Assembly: GCA_031367385.1 (NCBI GenBank)
Contig: JANLPS010000282.1
Span: 1 to 25,097, forward strand
Direction of reading: 5' to 3'
DNA length: 25,097 nucleotides
From: Archangium sp.
Lineage (GTDB): Bacteria; Myxococcota; Myxococcia; Myxococcales; Myxococcaceae
A program made the translations under genes and the position numbers. Of this stretch, positions 1 through 10,294 are shown in pieces; within the stretch, counting starts at the first letter, position 1, and every line of letters starts with the position of its first letter. Below the pieces are notes generated by a model, which saw only the letters and a list, made by a program, of their open reading frames with translations, was not told the origin of the DNA and did not search any database.

Positions 1-370
1 AGCAGCCCCCCGAAACGTCGGCCTCTCATCGCGCGATGCCGCAGCCGCACAAGATGGCGGTGTCGCTCGAGGAACTTCATCTCAGAACGCACTGACTGCC
101 CGCGACGCACTAGCTCGAAACGGCGGCCTCTCATCGCGCGATGCCGCAGCCGCACAAGATGGTGGCGTCGCTCGCGAAATTTCAGCGCAGAACGCACTGA
201 CTGCCCGCGAAGCAGCCCCCCGAAACGTCGGCCTCTCATCGCGCGATGCCGCAGCCGCACAAGATGGCGGTGTCGCTCGAGGAACTTCAGCTCAGAACGC
301 ACTGACTGCCAGCGACGCACTGGCCCGAAACGGCGACCTCTCCTCGCGCGATGCCGCAGCTGCACAAGAT
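1..370 (+). repeat. Tandem 105-bp repeat (about 3.5 copies visible, alternating A/B units giving a 210-bp higher-order period)
   Basis: CGAAAC recurs at 11, 116, 221 and 326. Positions 1-100 and 211-310 are nearly identical. Units contain the palindrome CATCGCGCGATG (e.g. 27-38). Reads in frame as 35-aa repeats (e.g. RNVGLSSRDAAAAQDGGVARGTSSQNALTARDALA). Confidence 0.95.
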
Positions 371-1561
371 CGTGAAGTTTCCGGCAGCGACGCTGGGGCT
401 GCGCGTGATTCAGCAGCTCCGAGAGCTGGGTTGCGCGACGCAGAGGCTCCTCGCGATGGCGGCCTCGCGGCAAGTGACGTTCGCCCGCGAACGACCCGCG
501 ACGGGGGCCCGCCAACACGCGACCCCCGCCCAGCTGCCCCACGATCAATGCTGGAGCGCCCGGTCGACGAAGCACGGGTCGCCCGAGTGCTCGCGAGCCT
601 CGATACCCGCGCCCGCGCCGGCCAGCTGCTGCTGGCGTACCCCCAGCTCGACAAGACCGCGCCCGTCGAGGTCGGAGGCGTGGTCTTCGTCGGCAACCTC
701 TTGCGCAAGCCCGAGCAAGCCAAGGCACGCATCGACTGGTCAAAAGCCAACGCAAAGGTGCCGCCGTTCTTCGCCATCGACATGGAGGGCGGCCCGTCGA
801 ACCGCATGAAGCGCGTCAAAGAGGTCGCCGACCTACCCTCCGCCAAGGAGATGGCCTCGCTCAGCGACGTCGAAGTCTGGCAGTGGGGCGCGCGGGTCGG
901 CCTGGCGATGCGCGAGGTGGGCCTCAACCTGAACCTCGCACCGGTGCTCGACGCGGCGGGCACCGGGCACATGGCCAGAAACATGCGCTCGTTCGGCGCT
1001 GACAAAACCCTGGTGGCCAAGAAGGCAAAGGCCTACGCGAAGGGTCTGCTCGAGCAGGGCGTGATGCCCTTCGGCAAGCACTTTCCCGGCTATGGAGACA
1101 TCGAAGGCGACTCAGATCACGCACTGGTCACCATCGACTGGAGCAATGCCCGGGTGCTCGAAGAGATCTCGGTCTTCGCCGAGGCCCGCGACGTGCTCGG
1201 CGGCGTGATGTTGGCGAACGTGGTCTACCCGGCCCTCGAAGACGTGCCGGCGATTCTCAGCCCGGTGGTCGTGCGTGAAGCCCACGCGCTCGGGTTCGTC
1301 ACCATGACCGACGACGTGTCGATTCAACTGCTCGCCGATTCGATTGGCGGTACCGGAGAAGACGTGTTGGTGAAGGCGTTTCTGGCGGGCAATGATCTGC
1401 TGCTGACCACGGCGCCCCCCGATTGGAACAAGGGTCTCGACTACCTCGGCATCTTGACCCGTACCGCCGAGGCCTCACCCGCGAACAGGGCGCTGCTCGA
1501 CGAATCATGCGCGAGGGTGTTGCGGCTCAAAGACCGCATGGGTCTGCTCGAAGGGCGTTGA
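2..1561 (+). CDS. Glycoside hydrolase family 3 N-terminal-domain protein (NagZ-like beta-N-acetylhexosaminidase), 5'-partial, with repetitive low-complexity N-terminal region
   Basis: GH3 motifs AIDMEGG, NLAPVLD, RSFG, KHFPGYG and MTDD (nucleophile-type Asp). Frame +2 has no stop from position 2 to the listed ORF start at 431, so the true start probably lies upstream of the window. Confidence 0.85.
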   Translation, partial: AAPRNVGLSSRDAAAAQDGGVARGTSSQNALTARDALARNGGLSSRDAAAAQDGGVAREISAQNALTAREAAPRNVGLSSRDAAAAQDGGVARGTSAQNALTASDALARNGDLSSRDAAAAQDREVSGSDAGAARDSAAPRAGLRDAEAPRDGGLAASDVRPRTTRDGGPPTRDPRPAAPRSMLERPVDEARVARVLASLDTRARAGQLLLAYPQLDKTAPVEVGGVVFVGNLLRKPEQAKARIDWSKANAKVPPFFAIDMEGGPSNRMKRVKEVADLPSAKEMASLSDVEVWQWGARVGLAMREVGLNLNLAPVLDAAGTGHMARNMRSFGADKTLVAKKAKAYAKGLLEQGVMPFGKHFPGYGDIEGDSDHALVTIDWSNARVLEEISVFAEARDVLGGVMLANVVYPALEDVPAILSPVVVREAHALGFVTMTDDVSIQLLADSIGGTGEDVLVKAFLAGNDLLLTTAPPDWNKGLDYLGILTRTAEASPANRALLDESCARVLRLKDRMGLLEGR

Positions 1562-1644
1562 CGCGCACCTGGTAGTCAATTCGCTCACTGCGCTTCTCTT
1601 CGAGCCAATGCGTAGACTGCGGCGTCTCTTTCGGGGGGTCTCGC

Positions 1645-3294
<1,650 letters not shown>

Positions 3295-3393
3295 GCCGCG
3301 GCTGGTGCTCAGGCGCCCTCGAGCCTCGGCACCAACGAAATAATGTCACGGGTCGCGTCCCGAGCCTCCTCGAGTCGCTGCGCGACGCGCCGC

Positions 3394-5061
3394 TCAGTTG
3401 ATGACGACGTTGCAGCTGCACGGCGTCGTGCCATCGCACAGGCCCGACGCGCCCAGACACAGCAGCCCGTTGCAGCAGCTGCTGCTGCCCGATGTACACG
3501 CCTGACCGGGGCCATTGCAGGTCGCTGCGACGCAAGCACCCGACGTGGCGCCCGCGACGATCGAGCATGACGTGCCTGAGCAGCAGTCGCTGCTCGCGGT
3601 GCACACCCCGCCGGTCGGCTGACACGCCATCGGTGCCTGACAGCTGCCGTTGGTGCAGACCCGTGAGCAACAGCTCGCGCCGCTCGCGCACGCGCTTCCG
3701 TTCGCGTTACAGCTGATGATGCCGCCGTCACTGCCAGTGCCAGTGCCTGTGCCACCGTCGGCCCGCACACCACCATCACCGCCGCCGCCTCCGCCCTCGT
3801 TGAAGGGCTGACACAGACCGCTCTGGCAGATGCCTTCACAGCACTTCTGCGACGCGCTGCAGGTCGCGCCGAGCGCCTGGCACAGCGGCGTCTGACACGA
3901 GAGCACGCCGCCATCACCAGGCAGACACAACGAGCCATCACAGCACTGGTCGCTGAATTGGCAGCTCTTGCTCGCGGCGATGCAACACGGCGCGGTGCCG
4001 GTATACCCGGTCGGGCACTGGCCCGAGCCACCCCCAAAGCACCGGGGGATGCCCGACGAGTCGAGCTTGCAAACGTCTTTCATGCCGTCGCAGCAGTTCT
4101 GCGAAGCGTTGATGCCACCGCCATCGGGGAGCACCTTCGCACCACAGATGTTGCCAGTGCCGTTGCAGCTCTGACCGTTGTCGCATCGGCCTCCGCTGCA
4201 CATCACGCTGCCGTTGGGGTTCACGCCGCCGCCGCAACAGGCATTGTCGCTCACACAGCTCGTACCGGTGAGCCGGCACCCGTTGGCGGGCAGGCACACC
4301 GTCGCTCCAGAGCCCGGGTCGAAGCAGGTACGCGAGCAGCAATTCGAGCCGCCGCTGCAGGGGTTGCCCTCTTGCGTACACCCGCCGCCGCCGCCGCCGG
4401 TGATGTTCAGGCACGCACCCACCCCGCCGTCGTTGACGCTGCAGGCGGCGCCGCAGCACTCCGCGTTGTGACCGCAGCGATCGCCGTTGGGCTGGCAGAA
4501 GTACGCCTTGCCGCACTTGCCGTTCTGGCACAGCGACGAGCAACAATCGGCGCCAGCGGCGCACGAGTCTCCGAGCACCTTGCACACGCCTCCCCCGGGT
4601 ATCGCCGCGCAGGTGTTGGCGTTGCAGACGCCGGTGCAGCAATCAGAAGGCGCGGCGCAGGTCGACCCCGTCGCGGTGCAAGCGTTGGCGCCGCACAGGC
4701 CATTCGCACCACACGAGCCATTGCAGCAGTCAGCGGCGGCTGCGCACGACGCGCCCGCGGGTTTGCAAAACATCGAAGCCGTACAGACCGACCCAAGGCA
4801 CTGACCATCGCAACACGGCACCGCGCCGCCGCAGGCCTGACCCGTTGCGTGGCAGCTCCCGCCGTCGGGCAACATTGTAGCCCCGCCACCGCCTCCGGCA
4901 CCGCCGCCCGAGCCGCCACCCGTACCTCCACCCGTACCTCCACCCGTACCTCCGCCCATACCGCCGCCGGTCGAGCCACCATCGACTCCCACGGGTGACT
5001 GACCGCAGGTGCAGGCCTGCAACGACAACAGACACACCATCACTGCGAACTGTAAGCGCAT
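3394..5061 (-). CDS. Cysteine-rich lipoprotein (555 aa) with 13 tandem C-C-CC-C-C modules
   Basis: Start reassigned from 5556 to ATG at 5061, giving MRLQFAVMVCLLSLQAC (lipoprotein signal) with GGAG upstream. The longer ORF would overlap the divergent gene. Repeated C-x6-C-x5-CC-x3-C-xn-C units. Confidence 0.88.
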   Translation of the reverse strand: MRLQFAVMVCLLSLQACTCGQSPVGVDGGSTGGGMGGGTGGGTGGGTGGGSGGGAGGGGGATMLPDGGSCHATGQACGGAVPCCDGQCLGSVCTASMFCKPAGASCAAAADCCNGSCGANGLCGANACTATGSTCAAPSDCCTGVCNANTCAAIPGGGVCKVLGDSCAAGADCCSSLCQNGKCGKAYFCQPNGDRCGHNAECCGAACSVNDGGVGACLNITGGGGGGCTQEGNPCSGGSNCCSRTCFDPGSGATVCLPANGCRLTGTSCVSDNACCGGGVNPNGSVMCSGGRCDNGQSCNGTGNICGAKVLPDGGGINASQNCCDGMKDVCKLDSSGIPRCFGGGSGQCPTGYTGTAPCCIAASKSCQFSDQCCDGSLCLPGDGGVLSCQTPLCQALGATCSASQKCCEGICQSGLCQPFNEGGGGGGDGGVRADGGTGTGTGSDGGIISCNANGSACASGASCCSRVCTNGSCQAPMACQPTGGVCTASSDCCSGTSCSIVAGATSGACVAATCNGPGQACTSGSSSCCNGLLCLGASGLCDGTTPCSCNVVIN

Positions 5062-5307
5062 GGAGAGCTCCGAACGGCGAACCGGCCCCGTCACCCTATG
5101 CTGTCTGCGCGAGGCTCGCGAAAAATCACACGGTGCGCACACACTGACCCACCCAGGCGAAAGGCCCAAGCAGATCACCGAAGTGGTCACCCGCGACCGG
5201 TTTCGCAGCGTTAGCAGGGGCGATTGTGCGCTCAACGCGTACGCAGACAGTGCAGCCCAAAACGGGTGAGCTTCGAGGCGCCGATGCGGCGTCTCTACAC
5301 CTGCCCC

Positions 5308-7155
5308 ATGCGAACCGATCTCTTGTTCATCGCGGGTCTGGTCGCCCTTGCCGGCTGCAATGGCGTCATCGACCTGCCCTCGCAGAGCGGCGCAATCGTA
5401 CCCGTCACCGACCCGAACCAAGACCCGGAGCCGACCGCCGAAGCCGACCCGCATATCTTCAAGTGCGCCGACCCGACCGCCGACCCGACGGTCAGCACCG
5501 TCTCGCGCCTGAGCCGCACCCAGTACATCAACTCGCTGCGAGACATTCTCGGGCACGGGCTCTCTGCGCCGCAGGCCGACGCGTTCATGGCCGCGGTCGG
5601 CACTTCACTGGCTCGGCTGCCGCGCGACGGCTCGGGCGGCAAAGCGGTGATCTACGACACCCAAGATCAAGGGCTCAATGGCCTGGCGGCGACGGCGCAA
5701 TTCGAAACGGCGCGTGCGTTGGGCACCAACCTCACCAACAACGGCAGCGTCAAAGACAGCTTCATTCGCGGCATCGCCGGCACGACCGTCTGCGCGAACA
5801 CGGCCTCGAGCGCCTGCGTCGATGCCTTCATCGAGCGCTTCGGCATGCTCGCCCTGCGACGGCCGCTCGACCCGGTCGATGGAGACCACGAGTTTTACCG
5901 CTCGGTCTACGACACCCAGAAGGGCTATCGCGGCCTGATCATCGCGCTCCTGCTCTCGCCGGGCTTCTTGTTTCAGACCGAGTTCAAGGGCGCCGCGGTG
6001 GCCGGTCGCAGCGACCTGTCGACCCGCACGCCGTACGAGCTCGCCTCGAAGCTCTCGTTCTCGATCGTCAATACCATGCCCGACGACGCGCTCTTCGCCG
6101 CGGCCGCCGCCAACTTCACCGGCCCCGGCAACTCGCTTGCCGAGCAGACCGATCGGCTCGTCGCCAGCGCCGAGGCCCGGGCCCAGTACCGCAGCTTCTT
6201 CACCCAGTGGCTGCGGCCCGACCGCGTGCCCGGCCTGAGCAACACCATCTTGAAGCCGGCGCTGACGATGATCTACCCCGACAACGCCGACGCCGGGCTC
6301 TCGCCGTACACCGACCTCGTGAAGCTGCGCAGCGCCGCCATTCAAGAAGTCGTCGACCTCGGCGACTACTACGCCTTCGGAGTCGAGCACGGCACCCTCA
6401 AAGACGTGATGACCAGCGACCTCTCGTTCTCGCAGTCAGACGATCTCTCGCGGCTCTACGGCGTCGACAACTGGACGCCAGCCGACGGAGGGACGCCGAC
6501 GCACTTCGCTCCAGGGCAACGGGCCGGGCTGTTCACCCGCGCGGCCTTCTTGTTCTCGGGCGCCACCGAGCCCAACCCGATCATGCGCGGAGCCCGGCTG
6601 CGCACTGAGTTCTTGTGCGCCTCGCTGACGCCTCCGGGCAACATCAACGTGCCTTCGCAGGTCGTCTTGCCGACCGAAGCCACCCACCGCCATGAGCTCG
6701 AGCTGAAGACTCAGACCAACGGCACGGTCTGCGCGGGTTGCCACGTGACGATGATCAACCCGCTGGGGTTCGCCTTCGACAGCTACGACTCGCTCGGGCG
6801 CTACCGCAGCCAGCAACCGATTCTCGAGCTGGCCACTGGCAAAACCAAGGGCTGGGCGCCGATCGATGCCGCCACGATGCCGAGGGTCGACTCGCTCGAA
6901 GACACCACCCAGACCACCGACGCGGTCGGGCTGAGCGCCCAGCTGGGCAAGAGCGAGCAGCTGAGCGCGTGCTTCACCCGCCACTACTTTCGCTTCACCG
7001 CGGGCCGCCCCGAGAACGAGAAGACCGACGGCTGCCAGCTTCGCCAGATGAACGACGCCCTCTCTGACCCCGCGACCGGCAGCCTGCAGGGTCTGATTCG
7101 CAGTGTGCCCACCACCCGCGCCTTCACGGTGCGCAAAATCGTGCCGGAGACTTGA
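5308..7155 (+). CDS. DUF1592/DUF1588-family (DUF1587-1595-1592-1588-1585 architecture) lipoprotein with a CxxCH motif
   Basis: Start at ATG 5308 gives MRTDLLFIAGLVALAGC (lipobox LAGC). Family-typical segments: RLSRTQYINSLRDILG, ALLLSPGFLF, YELASKLSF...PDDAL, RAGLFT...PIMRG, CAGCH..INPLGFAFDSYDSLGRYR. Confidence 0.88.
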   Translation: MRTDLLFIAGLVALAGCNGVIDLPSQSGAIVPVTDPNQDPEPTAEADPHIFKCADPTADPTVSTVSRLSRTQYINSLRDILGHGLSAPQADAFMAAVGTSLARLPRDGSGGKAVIYDTQDQGLNGLAATAQFETARALGTNLTNNGSVKDSFIRGIAGTTVCANTASSACVDAFIERFGMLALRRPLDPVDGDHEFYRSVYDTQKGYRGLIIALLLSPGFLFQTEFKGAAVAGRSDLSTRTPYELASKLSFSIVNTMPDDALFAAAAANFTGPGNSLAEQTDRLVASAEARAQYRSFFTQWLRPDRVPGLSNTILKPALTMIYPDNADAGLSPYTDLVKLRSAAIQEVVDLGDYYAFGVEHGTLKDVMTSDLSFSQSDDLSRLYGVDNWTPADGGTPTHFAPGQRAGLFTRAAFLFSGATEPNPIMRGARLRTEFLCASLTPPGNINVPSQVVLPTEATHRHELELKTQTNGTVCAGCHVTMINPLGFAFDSYDSLGRYRSQQPILELATGKTKGWAPIDAATMPRVDSLEDTTQTTDAVGLSAQLGKSEQLSACFTRHYFRFTAGRPENEKTDGCQLRQMNDALSDPATGSLQGLIRSVPTTRAFTVRKIVPET

Positions 7156-7161
7156 AGCGTC

Positions 7162-8904
7162 ATGAAATACCGACCTCTCTCACGTCGACATCTGCTGCAG
7201 GGAGCCGGGGGCTTCGCGCTGGCGCTGCCCTTCATGCCGTCGCTGATGAGCCAGGCGCACGCGCAGTCGATACCCAAACCGAAGTTTCTGGTGTTGATGG
7301 CCCACGGGCACGGCGGCGTGTCGGCCGAGAACACCTACCCGGTCAACGCGACCGTCAGCGCCAACTTGACCAGCTCGACGCTCTACGCCGCGATGAACGG
7401 AGCGCCCAAGCACGACATCGTCTCGGGCGACCTGCTCTCGCTCAAGCGCACCCACGCGCAGACCGCCGCGTCTCGCAGCCAGGTCATCAAAGATTTCGAC
7501 AACGGCGCCGCGCGCATCTCGCCGATGATCGGCAGCTTCGTACCCGATGCGCTGCTGGCGAAGATGAACCTGCTGTGCGGGCTCGACGTGATGTGCGGCT
7601 CGGGTCACTGGGCCGGCATGTTCGGCAACTTCGGCAACAGCTTCGGAGGCCCCCCCGACCCGGCGAATGGTCGCTCGGTCAAGCAGGTGCCGACCATCGA
7701 CTACGTGGTCTCGCAGTCGAACAAGTTCTACTCAGACGCTGATCGCACGCTGGTCAGGGCGCCGTCGCTGATGCTGGGCAACTGGGGCACCTCGTTCTAC
7801 CGCTCGGGCAACGACGTCGGTGAGAACCCCTACCGCTCGTGGAACCTGGGCGACATGTACGACAAGTTGTTCGCGGGAGTGAATACCAAGCCCGGCCAGA
7901 CCGACCCCGACGCGCCACTGGTCGACGTGCTGTACGACGATTACAAACGTCTGGCGCGTGGAGCCTTCGGCCCCGCCCGGCGCCTGGGCAAAGACGATCG
8001 CGTTCGTCTCGAAGCGCACATGTCGAACCTGCAGGAGATCAGCCAGCGCCTCAAAGCGGTGACCAGCGCGGCGTGCACGCTGCCGACGATCACCTCTACC
8101 CAACGCAACGACTTCATTCGCGGTGGCGACGTGACGTGGGACTGGGACTCAGCGCCTCCCGATGCCGCGGGCCAGCTGGCCGATGTGAAGGCGGCCTCTG
8201 AGCTGTTCAACCTGATGACGATTCAAGCCTTCTTGTGCGGCACCACCCGCATCGTCGTGCGCACCGTCAGCCCGCTGCTCGCTCCTGACCCGACCTACAT
8301 TCAGGACTACCACCACGCCCTCTTTCACAATCACTTCGTGCCGCAGATTCAAGAAGACTACATGGCGAACCACCGCCAGGCCTTTCAGATGGCGTTCGTC
8401 GATTTGATCTCCAAGATGAACGCGACCGAAGTGCTGCCAGGCGTGCCGCTGCTCGACCAATCACTGGTGTACTGGACGGCGGAGAGCGGCGTGAGCACCC
8501 ATGACAACCTCACCTTCCCCACCATCGCGGCGGGCAGCGCGGGTGGGTTCTTGAAGACCGGGCAATACGTCGACTACCGCAACACCCTCGTAGGCAGCGG
8601 CATGGGCTACTCCACCGGCATCACTGACCCCGAGCGAGAGGTCGTGCGGCTCTACCGCGGCATCGCGCAGAACCGGTGGCTGGCAACCATCTGCCAGGCG
8701 ATGGGCCTCGACCCGGTCGACTACGAGCTCAAAGACGACTTCTTCGATGACCCGGCGCTGCCGACCACCAACCGCCTCAAGTTTCCCGAGCGCGGCGGCA
8801 TGGCTCCCGGCTACGGCGACTCGGCGTTCAAAAGCTACTTCTACAGCTGGCCCGAGCACATCGTTCGAGACATGAGCGAGGTCATGCCGCTGCTCAAGGC
8901 GTGA
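7162..8904 (+). CDS. DUF1552 (HXXSHH-type) protein with Tat signal
   Basis: Twin-arginine signal SRRHLLQGAGGFALALPFMPSL; PTID, LGKDDRVRLEAH, LLDQSLV...ESG...HD and AGSAGGFLKTGQYVDY segments; lies 6 bp downstream of its usual DUF1592 partner. Confidence 0.88.
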   Translation: MKYRPLSRRHLLQGAGGFALALPFMPSLMSQAHAQSIPKPKFLVLMAHGHGGVSAENTYPVNATVSANLTSSTLYAAMNGAPKHDIVSGDLLSLKRTHAQTAASRSQVIKDFDNGAARISPMIGSFVPDALLAKMNLLCGLDVMCGSGHWAGMFGNFGNSFGGPPDPANGRSVKQVPTIDYVVSQSNKFYSDADRTLVRAPSLMLGNWGTSFYRSGNDVGENPYRSWNLGDMYDKLFAGVNTKPGQTDPDAPLVDVLYDDYKRLARGAFGPARRLGKDDRVRLEAHMSNLQEISQRLKAVTSAACTLPTITSTQRNDFIRGGDVTWDWDSAPPDAAGQLADVKAASELFNLMTIQAFLCGTTRIVVRTVSPLLAPDPTYIQDYHHALFHNHFVPQIQEDYMANHRQAFQMAFVDLISKMNATEVLPGVPLLDQSLVYWTAESGVSTHDNLTFPTIAAGSAGGFLKTGQYVDYRNTLVGSGMGYSTGITDPEREVVRLYRGIAQNRWLATICQAMGLDPVDYELKDDFFDDPALPTTNRLKFPERGGMAPGYGDSAFKSYFYSWPEHIVRDMSEVMPLLKA

Positions 8905-8964
8905 GCCGTGTCGCGGGTGACTCAAATCTTGAACGATGGCAGCGGCTCTTTGAAACTGGCCCCC

Positions 8965-9243
8965 ATGCTCAAGAACGTGTGGCTGGTAGTGGTGGTGATG
9001 CTCGGAGTTGCTTGCTCGCCGACGTATGGCCAGCAGAAATGCAAGACCTCAACCGAGTGCGGCGGCTCGCACTTCTGTTTGAAGAACTGCACCTCGGTCG
9101 ACGCCGGCCCCGGGGTCGACGTGTCTGGCACCTGCCGCAAGCCGTGCACAGCCGACAGCGATTGCGGTGACCTCGGGTTGAAGAAGCCGTTCTGCGCCAG
9201 TGACTTGTGCGGCAACAAGGCCTGCTACGAGGCCCCTTTCTGA
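8965..9243 (+). CDS. Small cysteine-rich lipoprotein (92 aa)
   Basis: MLKNVWLVVVVMLGVAC lipoprotein signal followed by CKTSTEC...C...C...CRKPCTADSDC...C...C...C disulfide-rich modules. Confidence 0.78.
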   Translation: MLKNVWLVVVVMLGVACSPTYGQQKCKTSTECGGSHFCLKNCTSVDAGPGVDVSGTCRKPCTADSDCGDLGLKKPFCASDLCGNKACYEAPF

Positions 9244-9569
9244 GGTACCTGCTGCTGCTGACGCTGGCCTGTGGGCTCACGCCTCGCGGCTACTGTGACA
9301 GCGTCGCCGAGACCACCTGCGCCCGGCTCTTCGCCTGCACGACCGGCGCGGCCGAACGCTCGGCGTTGACCTCGGTCTACGCAGACGAAGCGACCTGCAC
9401 CAAGACCTTCAAGACCCGCTCGCTCTGCGAGACGCAGACCGAGGCCTCGTTGTGCAAGGGCCAAAGCTGGGTGCCCGCCAACGCCTCGGTGTGCGTCGAG
9501 GAGCTGCGCACCCTGCCCTGCGAGCAGTTGGCCACCTACCGGCCGACCTGCGTGCCGCCCTGCCGCTGA
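9207..9569 (+). CDS. Small cysteine-rich lipoprotein (start uncertain)
   Basis: RYLLLLTLACG signal/lipobox followed by regularly spaced Cys. Start is either GTG 9207 or a non-canonical codon near 9240 overlapping the upstream stop. Confidence 0.7.
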   Translation: MRQQGLLRGPFLRYLLLLTLACGLTPRGYCDSVAETTCARLFACTTGAAERSALTSVYADEATCTKTFKTRSLCETQTEASLCKGQSWVPANASVCVEELRTLPCEQLATYRPTCVPPCR

Positions 9570-9586
9570 CGGCGCTGAGGTGTAGG

Positions 9587-9615
9587 TCAAGGTGATCTGC
9601 TTTTCGTCACCTTGA
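9587..9615. promoter_or_regulatory. Perfect 9-bp inverted repeat TCAAGGTGA-N11-TCACCTTGA; candidate enhancer-binding-protein site or 3' hairpin of the upstream operon
   Basis: Arms at 9587-9595 and 9607-9615, about 80-110 bp upstream of a sigma54-like promoter. Confidence 0.5.
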
Positions 9616-9694
9616 GAAGACAGTGCCCACAGAAAATTGGAGTCGGCTTGCGCTGTCAGGGAGCAGAGCGCTTCTCATTTGGCCATGATCCGCG

Positions 9695-9710
9695 AGGCAC
9701 GCGGGTTGCC
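9695..9710 (+). promoter_or_regulatory. Sigma54 (-24/-12) promoter
   Basis: AGGCAC-GCGGG-TTGCC matches TGGCAC-N5-TTGC with exact GG-N10-GC spacing (GG 9696-97, GC 9708-09), followed by RBS AAGGAGG (9728-9734) and ATG at 9740. Confidence 0.7.
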
Positions 9711-9739
9711 TTGGGTGGGCGTGCCTTAAGGAGGCGACC

Positions 9740-10294
9740 ATGACCAAGACTTTCACGACATCGATGCTGTTTGCAGTGGCGGGTCTGTATGGGTGCACTG
9801 GAGCGGTTTCGGATGACCCGACCGCGAGCGAGTTTGGTGTCTACCAAGACGCGCTGGTCAGCGCCGCCGGCGTCGCGAGCTGTGATTCTCCGAAGAAGGT
9901 GCTCGTTTGCCATCGGCCCCCCGGCAACCCGGCCAACGCCCACACCATTTGCATCGGCGCGCCGGCCGCGGCACCCCACCTGAAGCATCACCCCGACAGC
10001 CTCGGCGCGTGCGGGCCGACCGGCTCGGAGCCTGGCGGCCCCGGTTCGGGTCAGGGCGGCGGCCACGGCGATGACGGGCGAGATGGAGGAGACCTGGAGC
10101 TCGATGAAGGCGGCAGCGGTGGTCACGGTCACTCGGGCAGCGGCGGTGGTACCGGAGATGGCGCTGGCGGCGGTACTGGCACTGGCGGCGGTACTGGTAC
10201 TGGCGGCGGTACCGGTGCAGGCGGCAGCGCGGGTGGCCCGACCAACCCTGAGACGAGCCCTGACGCGGGCTACACCATGCCGGGCCTGGGGTAA
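9740..10294 (+). CDS. Small lipoprotein with a Cys/His module and Gly-rich tail
   Basis: Strong RBS; signal ending LYGC; compact module VCHRPPGNPANAHTICIG...HLKHHPDSLGAC; GGGTGT repeats. Confidence 0.82.
   Translation: MTKTFTTSMLFAVAGLYGCTGAVSDDPTASEFGVYQDALVSAAGVASCDSPKKVLVCHRPPGNPANAHTICIGAPAAAPHLKHHPDSLGACGPTGSEPGGPGSGQGGGHGDDGRDGGDLELDEGGSGGHGHSGSGGGTGDGAGGGTGTGGGTGTGGGTGAGGSAGGPTNPETSPDAGYTMPGLG

Noticed and set aside
1..370. 105-bp array as CRISPR or a non-coding element
   Set aside because: No unique spacers; it is in frame with the GH3 gene and encodes the same DGG motif as other exported proteins.
5108..5120. Palindrome CGCGAG-G-CTCGCG in the divergent promoter region
   Set aside because: Short GC-rich dyads occur readily by chance at this base composition; no further support.
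5062..5556. N-terminal 165 aa of the 720-aa minus-strand ORF
   Set aside because: Overlaps the divergent DUF1592 gene; the signal peptide and RBS point to ATG 5061.
8965..9569. Small Cys-rich ORFs as RiPP precursors
   Set aside because: They carry lipoprotein signals, and no radical SAM, YcaO, lanthipeptide or peptidase-transporter genes are nearby.
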